Made by a program: the position numbers and the translations under genes
Part shown: positions 1-14,600 of the stretch, one piece after another
How positions within the stretch are numbered: position 1 is the first letter of the stretch
How the letters are laid out: the number at the start of each line of letters is the position of its first letter
Notes under the pieces: model-generated
Told to the model about the DNA's origin: nothing
The model's database searches: none
The model's input: the letters and a program-made list of their open reading frames with translations, nothing else
Source of the DNA: Yuukianura sp. NJ FZ-2021
Lineage: Eukaryota
Assembly (NCBI GenBank): GCA_046563655.1
Contig: CM102285.1
Location: 620,001-684,000 of the forward strand
DNA length: 64,000 nt
Direction: 5' to 3'

Positions 1-3000
1 GCTAGGAGCAATATTTAAGAATTAGGTTTAAGAAACGATTAGGTTTATCCGTTCACTCAGAAAGTAGCCTTTGATCGGAGTACTGTTCAGAAAACGGTAC
101 ATTTTTGAAAAAAAAAATTTAGAATGGAGAAATTTTTAGTGGCAAATGTCGAGCACTGGAGAAATTTTATTCAAATTTTGGTCAATTAAAATTTGAGTTT
201 TGAATTAGATTTTTAACAAAATTTCTGTTAGTTGCACAAAAGTTAATTTTGAGTTTTGGAGGGATTGAGGATTTAGTTGTTTCTAAACAATTTGTAATTT
301 GAATTTGGAAATTTTGTTTTTGGAAAACAGTTTCATGTGAAAAGTTTTGAAGTTTTAGTTTTTTATTTTGAGAATTCTTGGATTTAAAAAAAAATGGATT
401 TGAAATTGTGCTAATATGAGAAACGGCGTTACTTCAGTGGTGCATCCACCAAGACGCAGAAGGAGTGCAATTGACGATCAACTTTTATTGTCAAAATATG
501 AACGTCGAAATGGCTACATTCCTCCATGTCGTGAAATGGCGCCAAACAATTCCATTTATTTGTAAGTTTAAAAAAAAACTCGAAATTCTGTGTTTTTAGT
601 TCAAAATGTTTATTTTTACTAACAAAATGGAGTATTTTTGGTTAGGCTAATTGCTAAACCTAACTAACCTACTTTAGGTTAATTTTGGAAGTAAGCGGAA
701 ATGACCTCATGCGTTTTTAATATTATGAGAAAAAATTAGAGAAAAAAGAAGGTCAAACGGAAATCAATTATTTTTGTGATTTGAAGCTGTCATGCACATG
801 TTCCTGCTTTTTCGAAAAAAAAATCTAAATGTTTTAATTTTTTCATTTTTTTTTCTTGAAAAGTGGCTCAAATATACCTAACTAGTGCAAATTCTATCGT
901 TTTTAGCGGAAATTTTATGCGTTTAGTTTAAATTTTGCACGTTTTTGATATAATTTTTGTGAGTTAGTGAAACAGGAGCAACGATAGTGCAGAAAAGCTG
1001 TTGATTTTTTGACTGTTATTGACAATTGGCGTGATTAATGGCCCAATGATTGCAAAAAAGGGAGAAAAAGAAGCATGAGAGGAAAAATTTGCGAAAATTT
1101 TCCGCAATTCTGCGAAATCTGATTGAAATATGATGCTTTTTTTTCGTAGTGAAATAATTAATTGATGTTTGTAGTCGGACTGGCTCTGTTTGTCTTCTAT
1201 TTATGGCAACTCTTGTCGCAGGAACTCTTTTGTTAGAAACCTCCAGATTGTATTTCACATTCAATCGAATCCGAATCACTGATTCGTGGAATCGCTGGAG
1301 CGATGACGCTGGTTGGCTAATTTTGTCTGCATTTCGTTTACTTTCACATTCACTCATTCATTTTAAGTAAAGTAAGACAAATTGAGGTGAAAAGATTGCA
1401 AAATTTAATTATGCAAGAAATTTTACCTATGCACATTTAATTTTGACATTGAGCAGTATACTACTATTTTTTCCCTTGTCTTTTGAGTTTGAATTTTACT
1501 TTTCATCAAAGTTATACACTTAAATTGAATTACAGTTATCATGTTTTCGGTTTTTTAAAAGTTGGTGACAAAAAAGGTTTCAAGTGAAAATTAAATTCTA
1601 ATTTGAACTTTGTAACTTTTTTTTTTTTTTTTTTTTTGCTTTGATCTTTACTGTTTCACTTGACCTTGACCTTAAAAAACACATTTTTGTCACTTTTTAA
1701 TTAATTTGAACTTTGTCAATAGATTTTTCCTAGAAACTTAGGAAAATGGAAGAGTTGAGTCAGGAAAAAAAAGTATAATGAATTTTGATTTTGGAGAAAG
1801 TGGATATGTGTCTCTGTAAAACACCAAAAGTTTGAAAACTGAAAAAGATTTTTGAATTTGGAGGGATTTTGGTGCCGATTTGAAGATTTGATTTCGAAGT
1901 TTGAACTGAATTTCAAGTTTTCAGAGGAAATTGGAGAAAGTTGAACTGAAAGTTGTGATTTCTTTCTTACTATTCTTCAACTTTTCACTAGATCGGTCAC
2001 AGATCACAGAAAACATTTTTGTTCAGGTTGCCTCCTATGTAAAATTTAGTAATGTATATAAAATAACATATTTTATGTAATATATAATTTATATATTCCT
2101 ATGTATTTTATATTGTCTGTCGAATGTAATATGCATGATATGTACATGTAATATGCAAGCTAAAGATTCCACGGTCATGTTCATAACATGAGACGTGTGC
2201 GTTATCACCGGACGGAAATGGACGGAATCATCTGCACCAGTTCATAACTCATAGACGGAATTCTAATATTTAAGTTAGGTTTTGTTTCGGACTAGTTTTG
2301 TGCACCGATGCATATAAATATCCGTCCATACCCGTCCTGTACCATGTTGGATCCGTCCATACCCGTCCTGCGGCATGTTGTATCCGTCCATACCTGTCCA
2401 TATGTGTCCGTCCATGGCCTTCCTAGCACTACATGTATGCAGTGCAGTAGAATGGAGCCGAGAAGAGGGGATCGATGGAGAACTTTTCCCTTTGCACAAA
2501 TGCCAAACTCTCGAGCTGGCTTTCCCTCTTTCTAAATGGAAATCCGCTTACTGTTTCCACCGCGGCGGCGGGCCGTTATGACGCCTTTCTCGGTTTTTCC
2601 ATGGGAAGTGTATAGACATACACTAAAGTTTGTTAGTTGCACGTCATTTGGAGTTTAGTGCGCATGTCTCACCGCAACCTCTGTTTGTATTTGCCTCTTA
2701 TGGCATAGGCCACGACTAGAACAGGAACAGTGCAGAGTTGTAGCTCACTCTGCTCAACCCAATCACAACTCTTTTTAGAGTCTAGTTTCAACAGTTTTTA
2801 GAAAATTTTAAAATTTTCAAAAGCTTTAGTTTGCATTCAGTTTGAAAGTTTTTGAAAGAAAAGGTGAAAGTTTTTGGACTTTGGTGGGAAAGTCCGATTT
2901 TTCAAAAATGGCGAATATAAGGCCACATTGAAGGTCAAAGAATGCAGAAAGTAGTGCTGATCAGTTTAAAAACGATTTCAGCGCCAATTTTAAGTGGACT

Positions 3001-5656
3001 TTGATTCTTGAAGGTGAGAAATATACTTGTGTGTGAATTTTGCTGTTTGGTAGAATAAAATCGGTTCAACAAATATTAACTCAACATTTTAAAAAAATTA
3101 TTTCGGCCTTGTTTAGGAAATTTAACCGAATTTTGTGTGTCTTCTGTTGAGAGTTAGGGACGGTTTGCTTGTTTTTTTTATTGAATTTTTTTAGTGTGAG
3201 AATAATTGATTTTTTTGTGCCGGTTTATTGACGAAAGATGCAAATAAAGTTTTTTCTTTGTTAAGTTTTATAGATCGTTGTTTTTATTGTATTTTTGTTT
3301 AAGTGTTTAGCAATCTCCCCTCGTCTGACACATGTTACAGGATGGAGTTTTTTTTTGTTGTGGAAGGATCAAAATTTATTTTTGCTATGCTCACATCTTC
3401 TTCTCTCTTGGATTTTTCATTAGTCAGACACAAAGGAGCAGGATGTGATCTCACCTCCAACTGAACACTCAACTTCTTCATCCATTCATCTTTTAGTTCG
3501 CTGCGCTGTTCAGAAAAAAGAAAGTTCAGTTTTCTAGAGAATTTAAACAGTTTCAGTTTTCCGGAAAAGTTTCAGCAAGTTTCAGCTGTCTGGAAAAGGT
3601 TGAGCAACTTGCAATTTTCTACCTTGCAGTTTCCGTTTTCTGGAAAGTATCAGTAATTTCCATTTTCAGAAAAAGTTTCAGCAATTTCGTGAAAAGCCGG
3701 CAATTTTCAGTGTGCTGAAGTTCCTCAACAAATTTCAGTTTTGTTGGAAAAATTTTTGGTTCAATTTTCCATCAGTTTTCAGCTAATCAGGAATAATTTC
3801 AGTTTTCTTCATCAGTTTACCAGGTTTGTTGCAAATCTTAAGGAATTTCCAGTTTTCTTGAAAATCTTAAGCAATTTCCAGTTTTCGGGAAAAGCAATTC
3901 TCACGTTTCGCAAACATTTTCAGTTACTTTCATTTTTCTGAATTTTTTTTATATCATTTGAACTCATCGTCAGTTGGAATTTTGAATTTTCTCAAAGTCG
4001 AAAGTCTTCAGCTGTTTTTTTAAGTTTTAAGTTTCAGTAATTCTGTTTTTTGAATCCAATTTTTCAGAAAATGTTTGAAAGCGAAGTTGATTTAGCATTG
4101 TAATCCGCTCTAACTTGGGTTTAGGCTAACCCTGGAGTACTATAGATTCAAGTCGGTGTGTATTTGGTAGAGACAGGTTGTGGTTGAGTAGTTGGAAGGT
4201 AGAGTGCGGTTACGAGACAGTCACTTTACAGTGTCAAAGGTCACGTTGATAGTGACTTAACATGGACATGGACATGTATAGTGGTTAGTTAGATTCTGGA
4301 CGAGTATTAATTAAGTGTAGGTTGGCCTGGCCGGCATGGCGAGCCACGCTCTTCTTAGAAATATTTCGTAACCACAAAAAAATATTTTATGATGAGCAAC
4401 TCAAAACACAAAGAAAATCCACAACTTTCGTCAAGTTGAGTGGGCAAAACTTTGCAAAAGTTGACGAATGGCGAAACTTGTTTGCAAATTTTGGAGAACA
4501 AACTTGTTTGAAGATTGGGCAGTTACTCTTTTGGCACACGCGAATTCAAAACAAGGGATTTTTTTTCTTTCTGAGAGAACAGCATTGAAGAAAGTTTTGC
4601 AAATTGTTTTTCTTTTTGGAAAAAAAGTTCATTCAAAGTTTTTTTTAAACTTGTTTAAAAAGGTTCAAGATTGAAACAATTGTTTTTCCAAAATTTCGAA
4701 AATTTGAATTCGAAATTTCAGAATTTCCCATTCTTTGGGATGAGGGATGACGTAAGAGTGACTTGTAAGATTTCCTAGAATTTTATGATACATTGCAAAA
4801 CTAAGTTGGCATTTTGAGTAACAAAAGAGAGCAAGGTGAAAATTGAATGACGTCTACAAATAAACTTGAACTATAAAAAATCTTGCAAAAATGATTTTTG
4901 AAAAATGTTTTGTTTGTTGTTGTACTTATAACTTTTTTTCAAAAAAGAGAAAGTGCTAAAAAAGTAGATCTTTCTTGCCAGATATGCCATTCGCTTGATT
5001 TCTTTTTTGCAAGGTTTGACTTTTGGGTGACGTCAAAAGTGGGGCATTTTTTTTCCTCTTAGGTTTTTCATTTTTTTTTAACTTTTTCGTTTTTTTCTTT
5101 AGTTTTGCCTATTTTTACCTTGTAGTGTCTGCGTGTTAAGGTCTAATGATCAAGGGATTTCGAAGTAAGTAGTAAAGTGGAGTGGTTCAAAAAATTGCAA
5201 AATTGGATTTGACACAAAAAATTGAATTTTACTTATTAGTTTGCTCAAAATGTAATTCCGTCAATTGCCCACTCCACACACTAAATTACTGAATTTTAAT
5301 TTTGGGAATTACGGACGAAAATTTGTGATAAAAAATTGAATTGCAGAGTTTGTACTGCCAATTTGTAGTTAAAAGCAGATTTGAAGGACAAGCTTACTAA
5401 AAAAAATTGCAAAAAAAAATTTGATGCGAGTTTTTTTTCCTGCATATTTTTTTTTACACAAGACACGCAAGTGCAACGTCTGACTGTCTCGACAACTTTG
5501 AGCTAAAATTGGAACTGACAAAACGTGAAATGTAGCACAAGCAATTCAAAACAGTTTTTTTTAAGTAGAAACTTCAAATTTTACAAAAATGTTAACTTGC
5601 AATAAAATTGAACTCTTACTATTTTTTTTTTTTTTTGAATTTGCAGACCACGGGAT

Positions 5657-8600
5657 ATGAACCGAGTTCCGATTGACGATGAAGCGTCGAAAGACCCTGG
5701 AGCTCATCACACTCACTCCACGTTCTCCGAGAAGGACTTTGAAGGTGAGTGGTCACCTTGTCATAGCGACAAGGTCACCGTGACCTGTTTTCAGACTGGA
5801 GCATGATAGCTTAGGGGTTAGAGTGCTTCCCGGATGGAAAAGGTGGGTTCGAATCCCACTCGGTCCCTTATTTTTTTTTACACTCTCGTTCTTTGTTGCT
5901 CAAGCCACGTGACCTTACTTACTGTTGTAACCTTTGATACATTTTCAGGTCACAGAGCTCACACTGTGTACGTTGGAGTACATGTGCCGGGAGTTCCGAA
6001 TCTGTCCGGAAGCCACAGACGGAAGTCACATCATAGGCGACATCGCCACCCGCCAAGAAATGGCGAAAATCGCGACGAAAAGGATGGGCGACCAGGTACT
6101 TTCCTTTGATTTTTGTGTTTTGCTGTTGGAGTTGTGCGCCACTAACTCATCAACAGCTCATTTCCTCAGCAACTAAAAAATTCAACTCCAAATACCGCCG
6201 CAAATAAAATCAAAGATTGCAAAAGAGCAATACTTACAAAATAGTCCCAAAGTTGTTGAACATTTTGCTGTTGATGGAATGACTGTTGACCTAATTGCAA
6301 TTTGTGTGGTTTGAATTAGAAACTTAATTTGAGTTTGAGTTTTAGTAAGTAGTTATGGAGTGTGGACGCAAAATTGTGCAGGATTTTTGGCTAAACTGCT
6401 AAATCGCTCAAATCTCAACAACTTTTAGCATTTAGATTTTTAATTGCTTAGTTTAGTAATTACTGCTTTAGGTAAAAATCGCTTTCAGTTCTACCGGAAG
6501 TGGGAATTTTTGAAAGGTAGAATTTTAGAAATAGTTTAGAGGAGTTTACTAGAGGCTTTTTGATTTTTAGAAAGTTGTGTCGAAATGCTGACTTTTACAC
6601 AAGGTTTGTCGAAAATCATTTACTTTTAGCATATAGTTGTGTAGAATATTTCGACTTTTAGCAAAATTATGTAGAGCATGCTCTGTATTAGTTAATTTTT
6701 GAAGAAAATGGTTGATTTTTAGCAAAGTTGTGTAGAAAAGTTTGACTTTTAGCAAAATTGTTTAGAAAATCTTGAGTTTTAGACAAGTTTGTTTAGGAAA
6801 TTGTTGACTTTTGGTAGTTTTAGGCCTTTTGATGTTTAGTAATGAGTGTATCTCATGCTGTAATGCTAATGAACTGGAATAGAACTTCATTTCTGTTAGG
6901 CTATGGAAGTTTGCACAAGAATTCAGAAGTGCTTTCGAATGGTCTAAAATGTACGATGAGAGTGAAAAAGTGGCAAGGGATTCAGCAAATGTTCCAAATC
7001 GATAAGATGTTCTAGGAGAACACCGCCGCGGTGCTAGGTCACGGTGCAGATAGAAACTTTGCAGAAAAAACTGAGGAGAAAGTGCCACCAAGGCCGCTTT
7101 CTATCTTTTTTTTTAAAGTTTGGAATCTTTTTTGCCAGTTTTCTCATCGTAAAGATTCTTCAGAGGATTTTGAAACTGAGACTCAAAATATATAGGCGTT
7201 TAGGGAGGTTTAAAATTTTTGAAAAAACAGGCGCGCTCATGTCGTGAATTTGAAATTGCACTTTCCAAGATTAACCCTATATGAAAAAAAAAAAAACTTT
7301 AAAAAAGTGCTGCAGTGATGATGAGATTAAAATCTATGTGTTTGCGCATTTTATCAATGCAAAAATTTGCTAGTGAGTGTTGGAAATTAGGTTAGTTAGG
7401 CTAAGGTTACGTTGTTAGGCTAAGGTAAGGTTGTTAGGCTAACGTTACTTCTTGAATTTGACAATTGACTCTTGAAAATAGCGGCACGAGGAGTGAAATG
7501 TGTGGGAAAATGAAACTTTTGGAAACTTCCAAGGTTGAGATAAAAAAAAAAGTTCCAATTATAGCAATTTTTGCAATGCAAACTGGAGGGGGCGGCAAAT
7601 TTTGAAATTTGAAAGCGTCACGAACTTTATGGCGGCAATTTACTATGCAAAGTGTTACGTTTTGAGGTGGGTTTAACTACGATTACATAAGGTTTAATTT
7701 TAACTATAGTTAAACTTACGTTAGTTTTTTTTGGTTAGATGCTTGGTATTTGTATTGGGATTTAGATCTGAAGGTTTTAGTTTCTGCTTTGTTGGTATTT
7801 ATTTAAAGATTTTTGGGAAAAGCGCGGTTTGTGGTGGCGGTCTTTTTTGAAAATTTGAATTTGAGGCGCCTTTTTAAGTGGCTTTGAGTTTGGTTTTGTT
7901 GGAATCGATTATTCAGCGAACAGGAGAAACGGAACTTTTATTTCCCTGAATTGAGAACGAGGTCACTAGGTTAGCTTTGTGAAAAAGTAAGAGCAGCAAA
8001 GTCCAAATTTTGACTAAGTTTTAAATTTTGAAAAAGTTGTTTCAAATTTTGAGAAAAGTTGGGTTAAATTTGAGCTTTTAAGGACGAAAAATCCGTTTTG
8101 ATCTTCCGAGTATAACAAATGAGCACTTTAGGCTTAAGTTCATAAATATACATTAGGTTTCGGTTCATGGAAAGCCCATGTCACATGTCGTAATGTCGTC
8201 ATGTCGTCAGTGGAGATTTAGACTAGTTTGACGTAGTTATTTTTGAAAGTTAGCGGTAGTCATAAAGTACTTAAACTTGCAAATTTTCTAAATTTACGAA
8301 AATGACTCTTGAATTTCAAGTAGGATTGATTGAATTGCAAAATTTAGAATTCTGGAAGGACACAAAAGGAAAAATTCTGTTTGCGGCAAAGTGTGTTACG
8401 AAATTAGTACAAATAAAATTTATTGGTGGGATTTTGAATTTTGTGTGTATGAAAATTTGTGCCAGAAAAAAACATGAGTGGAGTGGAGCAATAAATTTTA
8501 AATTTAAAAATAAATATGGTTTTTTGTGAACTTTTTTTTGTGTTTGAAAAGAGATCACTTTTTTTTTTACTTTTTCTAGTCGTTTTTTTGCGGTACTTAA

Positions 8601-11600
8601 TTTTATTACATGCGGAACACGGTGTACTTTTTATCATTTTGGAGATAAATGACTATTACTTTAACCGTTTCACCTAACTAGTTTCAACTACTGTTTTTCA
8701 AGTTTAGTTATTCCCAGGTTTTTGCAAAGTTAGGTTGAAATTCCGCAATTTTCGAAAATTTTGAGTTATTGAAATTTTGATAAACTGCAAAGTGCCAGTT
8801 GTGAAAATTTTGAATGTTAAAAAAATTTGGTGTGGTGTTTCGATTAGATGGATTCAAAATTTTACAAAGTGAAGCTGGTAGGAGTCGATCGTCGGTCACA
8901 TCAAAGTTGAAGTTTTTTGTCAAAAGCAAAAATCCAGGTTTTTGGTGAAAGGTGGAAGGAATTTTGTAGACTAAGCCGGTGAAAGGTCAAGTTCTGCACA
9001 AAAAGCAAAGAGGAGCAAAAAACGGCAAAAACTTTGACAAATTTTGCATTTCCAAATGTCGTCACACTGTAAGTCAACATCCGTCTCCCGGAAAAACTTT
9101 AGAATCAAATATTCTCACTTGGGATTAAAAATTTTAATTTCAAAGTGTTTCTAAAATCTTAAGTTTTTGGATTAGATATTATTTCGGCTAGAATAGGTTT
9201 TGTTTTTGTAATGGTAGGTAAAGGTAGGCAGAATCTGATCAGGCATTCCAATTGTAGTTTGACTTCACTGCAAAGTTAGTAGTACGTAAAAATTCAAAAT
9301 TTTGATTTTTTTTTTCAAAAACTTGGTTTTTGGATTTTTGTTTGGTGGCGTAGAGAAGCCTCGCTTGTTTACTTGTTTTTATGTGAAATTGATTTTTGCG
9401 TGGATGTTTGAAAGACGTTTCAATTTTTTATCAAAGAGGAGTTGGTGTGTTTGTTTTTTAAAAGATTCACTTTGATTTTTCAAAAAGTAGTTTTTTTTTA
9501 ACTTTAGATTGTGAAATGTGTATGAGTGGTGTATGTAAGGTATTGTTTCTTTTGTAAGCTGCGTTCCTGAGCAGTCGGAGCTGCTCACTAGGGATTCCAG
9601 TGATCACGACGACGTCACCCGGCACAAGTACTACGCTCATTTCACTTGCGTCACCAGCCACTGCGCAGACGCAGGAGTTCGGTCCTCAGTCGCCGGCCAA
9701 AGCTGTCCCTGCCTGTGAGTTTACACTCCAGTGTTACACAAATTCCAACTCAGCCACATTTTCTCCTCTTTTTCTTGTTTGTTTTCACTACTTTTCTACT
9801 TTTTCTTCCGAGAATGGTAAAATACATTAGGAAAATTACACCCCAAGGCAAACAAACCAATCTAACGTCGTTTGTTACGCTAACGTTTGCTCTAACTTTT
9901 ACACTAACGTTTGCACTTACGGTTACGTTTTCCGTTTTTACTAAAACCAAAACGTTCAAAAACTATGTTTCTAGATGAGTAAAAGGGGCAAAACCAAAGA
10001 AAAAACTGAGTTCTACTAATTTTTTTCCTGAAGATTTTGTGTATTTTAAAACACTTCGTTCTTCGTAGGAAACGAAATGAATCTTGAAAAATGTTTTGGA
10101 AATGACAATACAATCTTGGAAAACGTTTTGGAAAAGAAACAGAACGTTGGAAAACGTTTTGGAAATGAGAATAGAACGTTGGAAAACGTTTTGGAAATCA
10201 CAATTACTTCAAAACGGTTTTATGTAAGCGCGGTTTTCCAGGAAACGTTTTTGAAACGAACGGAATTATTTGAAACGTTTTAGAAAATTTGCAAAAGATT
10301 TTAAGCCGAAATGAACTGCCGAAGAGAAATGAAGCGAAACTTTTAAACTTTTTTTTCAGTTATTCAATGGAGTCTAAAAATAGAAAGTGAAATGGGGCCA
10401 GTTTTTTGACGAGGAAATTGAAAACTTTGCTAAACTACTTTTCCACGTGAACTGAAAAGTGAAAATCCAAAAAGAGATTTCATGTTGTTAGTTTTTTTAA
10501 AGCACTTTCCAATTTTTTTTTGGTCCCGGGAGTTATGCGTTTCACTGTAAATTGTAAAAGGAAAAAGTGAAATTTCAATTTCAATTTCCTGCCGTTTTTC
10601 TATGTTTATATTGAACTTTGTCAAAAAGTAAAACAAATGGTTTTTGGCAAATCGATTACTCAAAGTCAAACGATTTGTGGGTTAGTTGTTTGCCTTTCGG
10701 TGAAATTTTTTTTCCGGCAAATTTTTCTTCACAAAATCACATTTTCACTCAAAATCTTTAAATTTTCTTAATAAATTTTTAAATACTAGTATGTGAATGA
10801 AGTTTTTTCACTCTTTTTTCTTTGGAAATGTTTGTTGTATAGATGTTTTTTTCTTTTGAGATTATGATCTTAAGTGAAATTTTTGATGTTAGGATGTGGT
10901 GGGGTATTGCGTTTTTGTTGTTCCTTTTGGGAATGTGTTCTGTTGTTACGTTTAACTCTATTTCAAATTACGTTTCAGTTGGGAAGAAGTGAGATTGGTT
11001 CCAGTCGCTTGGAGATTTTTGCATTTTATGTTTCTCATGCCAGATGAAAACTATTTTACTCACTTTTTGGCCATTAGCCTCCGTGCTTCTGTGTAATAAC
11101 TTGAGATGATATTTCAGTATGCTCCCTTTATGCATTATGCTGGTCGTAAAGTGACAGGAAACTGGCCATTATTCAACGAACGACCGAAGGAAACTTCCTG
11201 ACCTCTGACCCACTTCGTTCTAAAACTCTTTTGCATTTGAAATTTGCAAAACCCTGTATAAATTTTTGATTTGCAATAATGTATTCGTTGACCAGCCCTG
11301 AAATCTAAGCCAACCTAACAGCAAAAAACTTATCCTCACATCTGCATAACCTTAAACTAACGTAATACCAAATATTAACACATTTTCGAAAAAAAGTTGT
11401 AAAAATTGTTGAGACATTTGTGGAAAAATTTAAATTTTGTGTGTTTGTACCACCGACGTTTTATGAGAAATTTTTAAGTATGGAATGTGTGACTAAAAGT
11501 TGTTCAATATCTGTGTTGAAAACGACGTTGTTTGTTGTTGTTGTTGTTGTAATTTGAAGTTACAATGTAAATGTAGTACTCCCCTTTAATTACGATGGTT

Positions 11601-14600
11601 ACTCTGTCGTAACCCTATTGATTACTGATGTAACCACGGGTTACACTATGCTAGGTAACCCTTGTAAGGTTACATGTTGTTACATTGGAATGGCTCATGG
11701 CTGCTGCTTGGGCTCCGTTGTTATGTTTGTTTTAAAGATTTTTGGCAGAAAAGAGGTTATGGCTTTCACGTGATTTTAAAATTTTGAAACTTTGTTTGAA
11801 AAATCCAGTTTGTCCGTCTTGGTTTAAAATTTTGAGACGAAATTTTTAAATTTGACTCTGATTTGCAGTTACTCCTCCGTCGCAGCGGGTCCATTTCATT
11901 TTGGGTGAAGAAGAAGACGATGGTTGCCACGAGTCGCATCCGCTCTTCTCCGAAATGGAGGAACTCGTCATCGATGGTGGGGAAATGGCCTGGAAGGAAA
12001 CAGCCAGGTACACTTTTTTCAAAATTTTGGGGAAAAAAAAGTTTTTGAATTTAATTTCTAAAATTTTGGTTTTTAGATGGGTTAAGTTTGAGGAGGACGT
12101 GGAGGAGGGTGGGAATCGGTGGTCGAAGCCGCACGTAGCTACGTTGTCTCTGCACTCGCTCTTTGAGCTGCGCAGTCTCTTGCTCAACAATATCGTGATG
12201 CTGGACATGGAGGCGTCCTCCCTGGACCAAATTGCGGATCTCCTACTAGACAATATGATCAGCTCTGGGCAGTTGGCTGAGGCGTCGAGGGACAAGGTCA
12301 GAGAGGCACTCCTGCGCAGACATCGCCATCTGCATGAGAAAAAGAACAAGGAGAACTCATCCTCCAGCAACATGTCACGCCTACCAATCATTCGATCCTT
12401 GGCAGAAATCGGCAAGAGCCACGCTTCCAGTAAAAGTAAGCAATGATTTCAGAAAAAAATCGGAAGAATTTAGGAAATTGCAAAACTGGGAGAAGAAATT
12501 AAATCACCAAAAAACGGCAATGATGTTCACAAACTATGTAGAAAGCAGCTGCCATACCGGGAGTGAGAGATAGAACGCGACGTGAATTTTCGCGATTTGC
12601 GAATTTCTTGTTAAATTTTTATAGGCACAGGCCGGTTTAGCAGTTCTCCTAACGGGAAGTGTCAAACGGAACGTGAATTTTCAGGGTACGCGAATTTTCG
12701 GAATTCGTGAATTTTTTATATCCGCTGGCCGGTATGTTTAGCACTTCTCATACCGAGAAGGGTGGGACGCGACGTGAATTTTCACGTTTCAAGAATCACA
12801 GTTGATTGGCTCCTACTGTTGACGTAGTTTGTGAACGGCGCCGAGAAAAAAGTTAGAGTGTGCGCATGAGCATGAATTTTTTTTTACATTTTGACCCCAG
12901 CGCTGGCCATAACCTTACCTTAAGATTTTCTACTTCAGCGGGATTTTTATGCTTCTATAACCTTGTATTCACGCGGAACACAAAATTTTGGTTTTGCACG
13001 CTCACTTTTCGACGTCTTTTAAAAATCAGCTGACACTTACACGCATGCTCACTTTTTTTCAAAATTTCAGTAGAAAGTAGAAACTAACAAATTTTAGGGA
13101 ACTTGTATGACTTTACTGCTGGGTGATTCCTTAGGTTTCCAAGAGAAGAAAAGCAATAATGGCGGGAGTTCTTTGAATGTGAGTGGCGGAAATGGAGGGA
13201 GTCCAGCACAGAGTGAAGGGACGAAAGGCCCTTTTCTTACAGTTCCAGGTACAAATCAAAATTTTGAAAAAGAGGACAAAGAAATTTCAAAATTCCCGCC
13301 TTGATTTGCTACAATCAGCATCGCCACCAGCAGCTCGTATTTTTAGTTTAGTCTGCTGGTAAATTGTGCTCTAAAAAGCTTTACTTCTGTCACAAATCCT
13401 ATCTGTTCTGCTTCCATCTTGTTCTAAATCTGTCCAAACATGTTTAAAAAAAATTGTTCAAACATGTTCAAAAAATGTGTTCAAACACGCTTAGCCGCTT
13501 TGATCTGGTCGAATTCGTTGGATTTTGACACCTCCAAGGACAATACAGCACGATTCCATGGAAAACGCTGAGAAATGCTGGCAGTTTCAGCAGAGGATGC
13601 TGCCAATGTGTTTGTTTTTCAGTAATTGGAGACAGTAATTGTGTCAATTAGTGGTAAATTAATTAGTTTGCTTAGGTGTAACACTGTGTGTTGGATAGAC
13701 TCCGCTTTAACTTGGGCTTTTTCAATTTTTGGTTAGTTTTTTTTGGAAAAAGTGGTGATGTGTTGCTTTTTTTGGGCTGAACCGATTAAAACAGAAACAT
13801 GTGAGAAGTAGTGTTGGGTGATGGATGTTAGGAGTTCAATTAGAAGTAATTGTAATTAGAGCTAATTTTAATTAACTTGTAATTACAGGTGCGACGAATG
13901 TGCCACAAGTGGAGAGTGCCCCGGGTGACATGGATCGAAGTCCCAGCGGAGGTTCCATTGGACGGAACCAAAGCGGTACGAACCTGGCTGAAGCCGGAGA
14001 TTCCTCTATCCATCTCTCCAAAGTAAGAATGTCCTCAAAGTAATTATGCAACAAGTAATTGCAATGAGTATTTCGTAATTACAAACTGAAATGCATTATT
14101 ACTAAGCATCATGCATGTAATTCGTATTTGTTACTATATGTATAACATTACTTTACGGTAATTGTATTGTAACGATGTAATTCATGATTGTAATTCATAA
14201 TAATATTTACAATAATTCCGAATTGCATAACTAAAATTGCGAAATACATGGAATTAAAACGTAGAGTTATATTTATGGTTAGTTAGTTACATTTATGTAA
14301 TTTTGCAATTGGAATTATGTATTTCGCCATTGTAATTACAGCTGAAATTGTATTTCGCAATTGCAATTACATGGCTGGAATTGTATTTCGCAATTGCAAT
14401 TACATGGCTGGAATTGTATTTCGCAATTTTAATTGGTGTAATTCTTGATCTTAAAAATGGGGAAATTCTGTAATTACTTGCGATTTGTTCATAGCCAATG
14501 TCCAATGTAATTAAGTAATTCGGTATTGATGTTGTGTAATTATTAATTATGTATTTCGTAATTAGTAATTCGTAATTATTTTTACTAGGGAAACACTCAC

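Noticed and set aside
2200-2580. Overlapping short ORFs with a ccgtccata repeat
   Set aside because: Degenerate repeat or element remnant with no recognisable protein.
7387-7445. TTAGG-like motifs (also ~53140-53195 and ~22910)
   Set aside because: Short and degenerate; not a telomeric array.
9860-10285. aacgtt-rich repeats with short ORFs
   Set aside because: Low-complexity intronic repeat; termini and TSD could not be defined, so it is not called as an element.
11846-12415. 189-aa minus-strand ORF
   Set aside because: Antisense shadow of SLC4 exons that runs through an intron; no independent motif.
12530-12790. Three loosely repeated ~100-bp blocks ending cgtgaattttc
   Set aside because: Too degenerate to define; no consistent splice sites or reading frame to support mutually exclusive exons.
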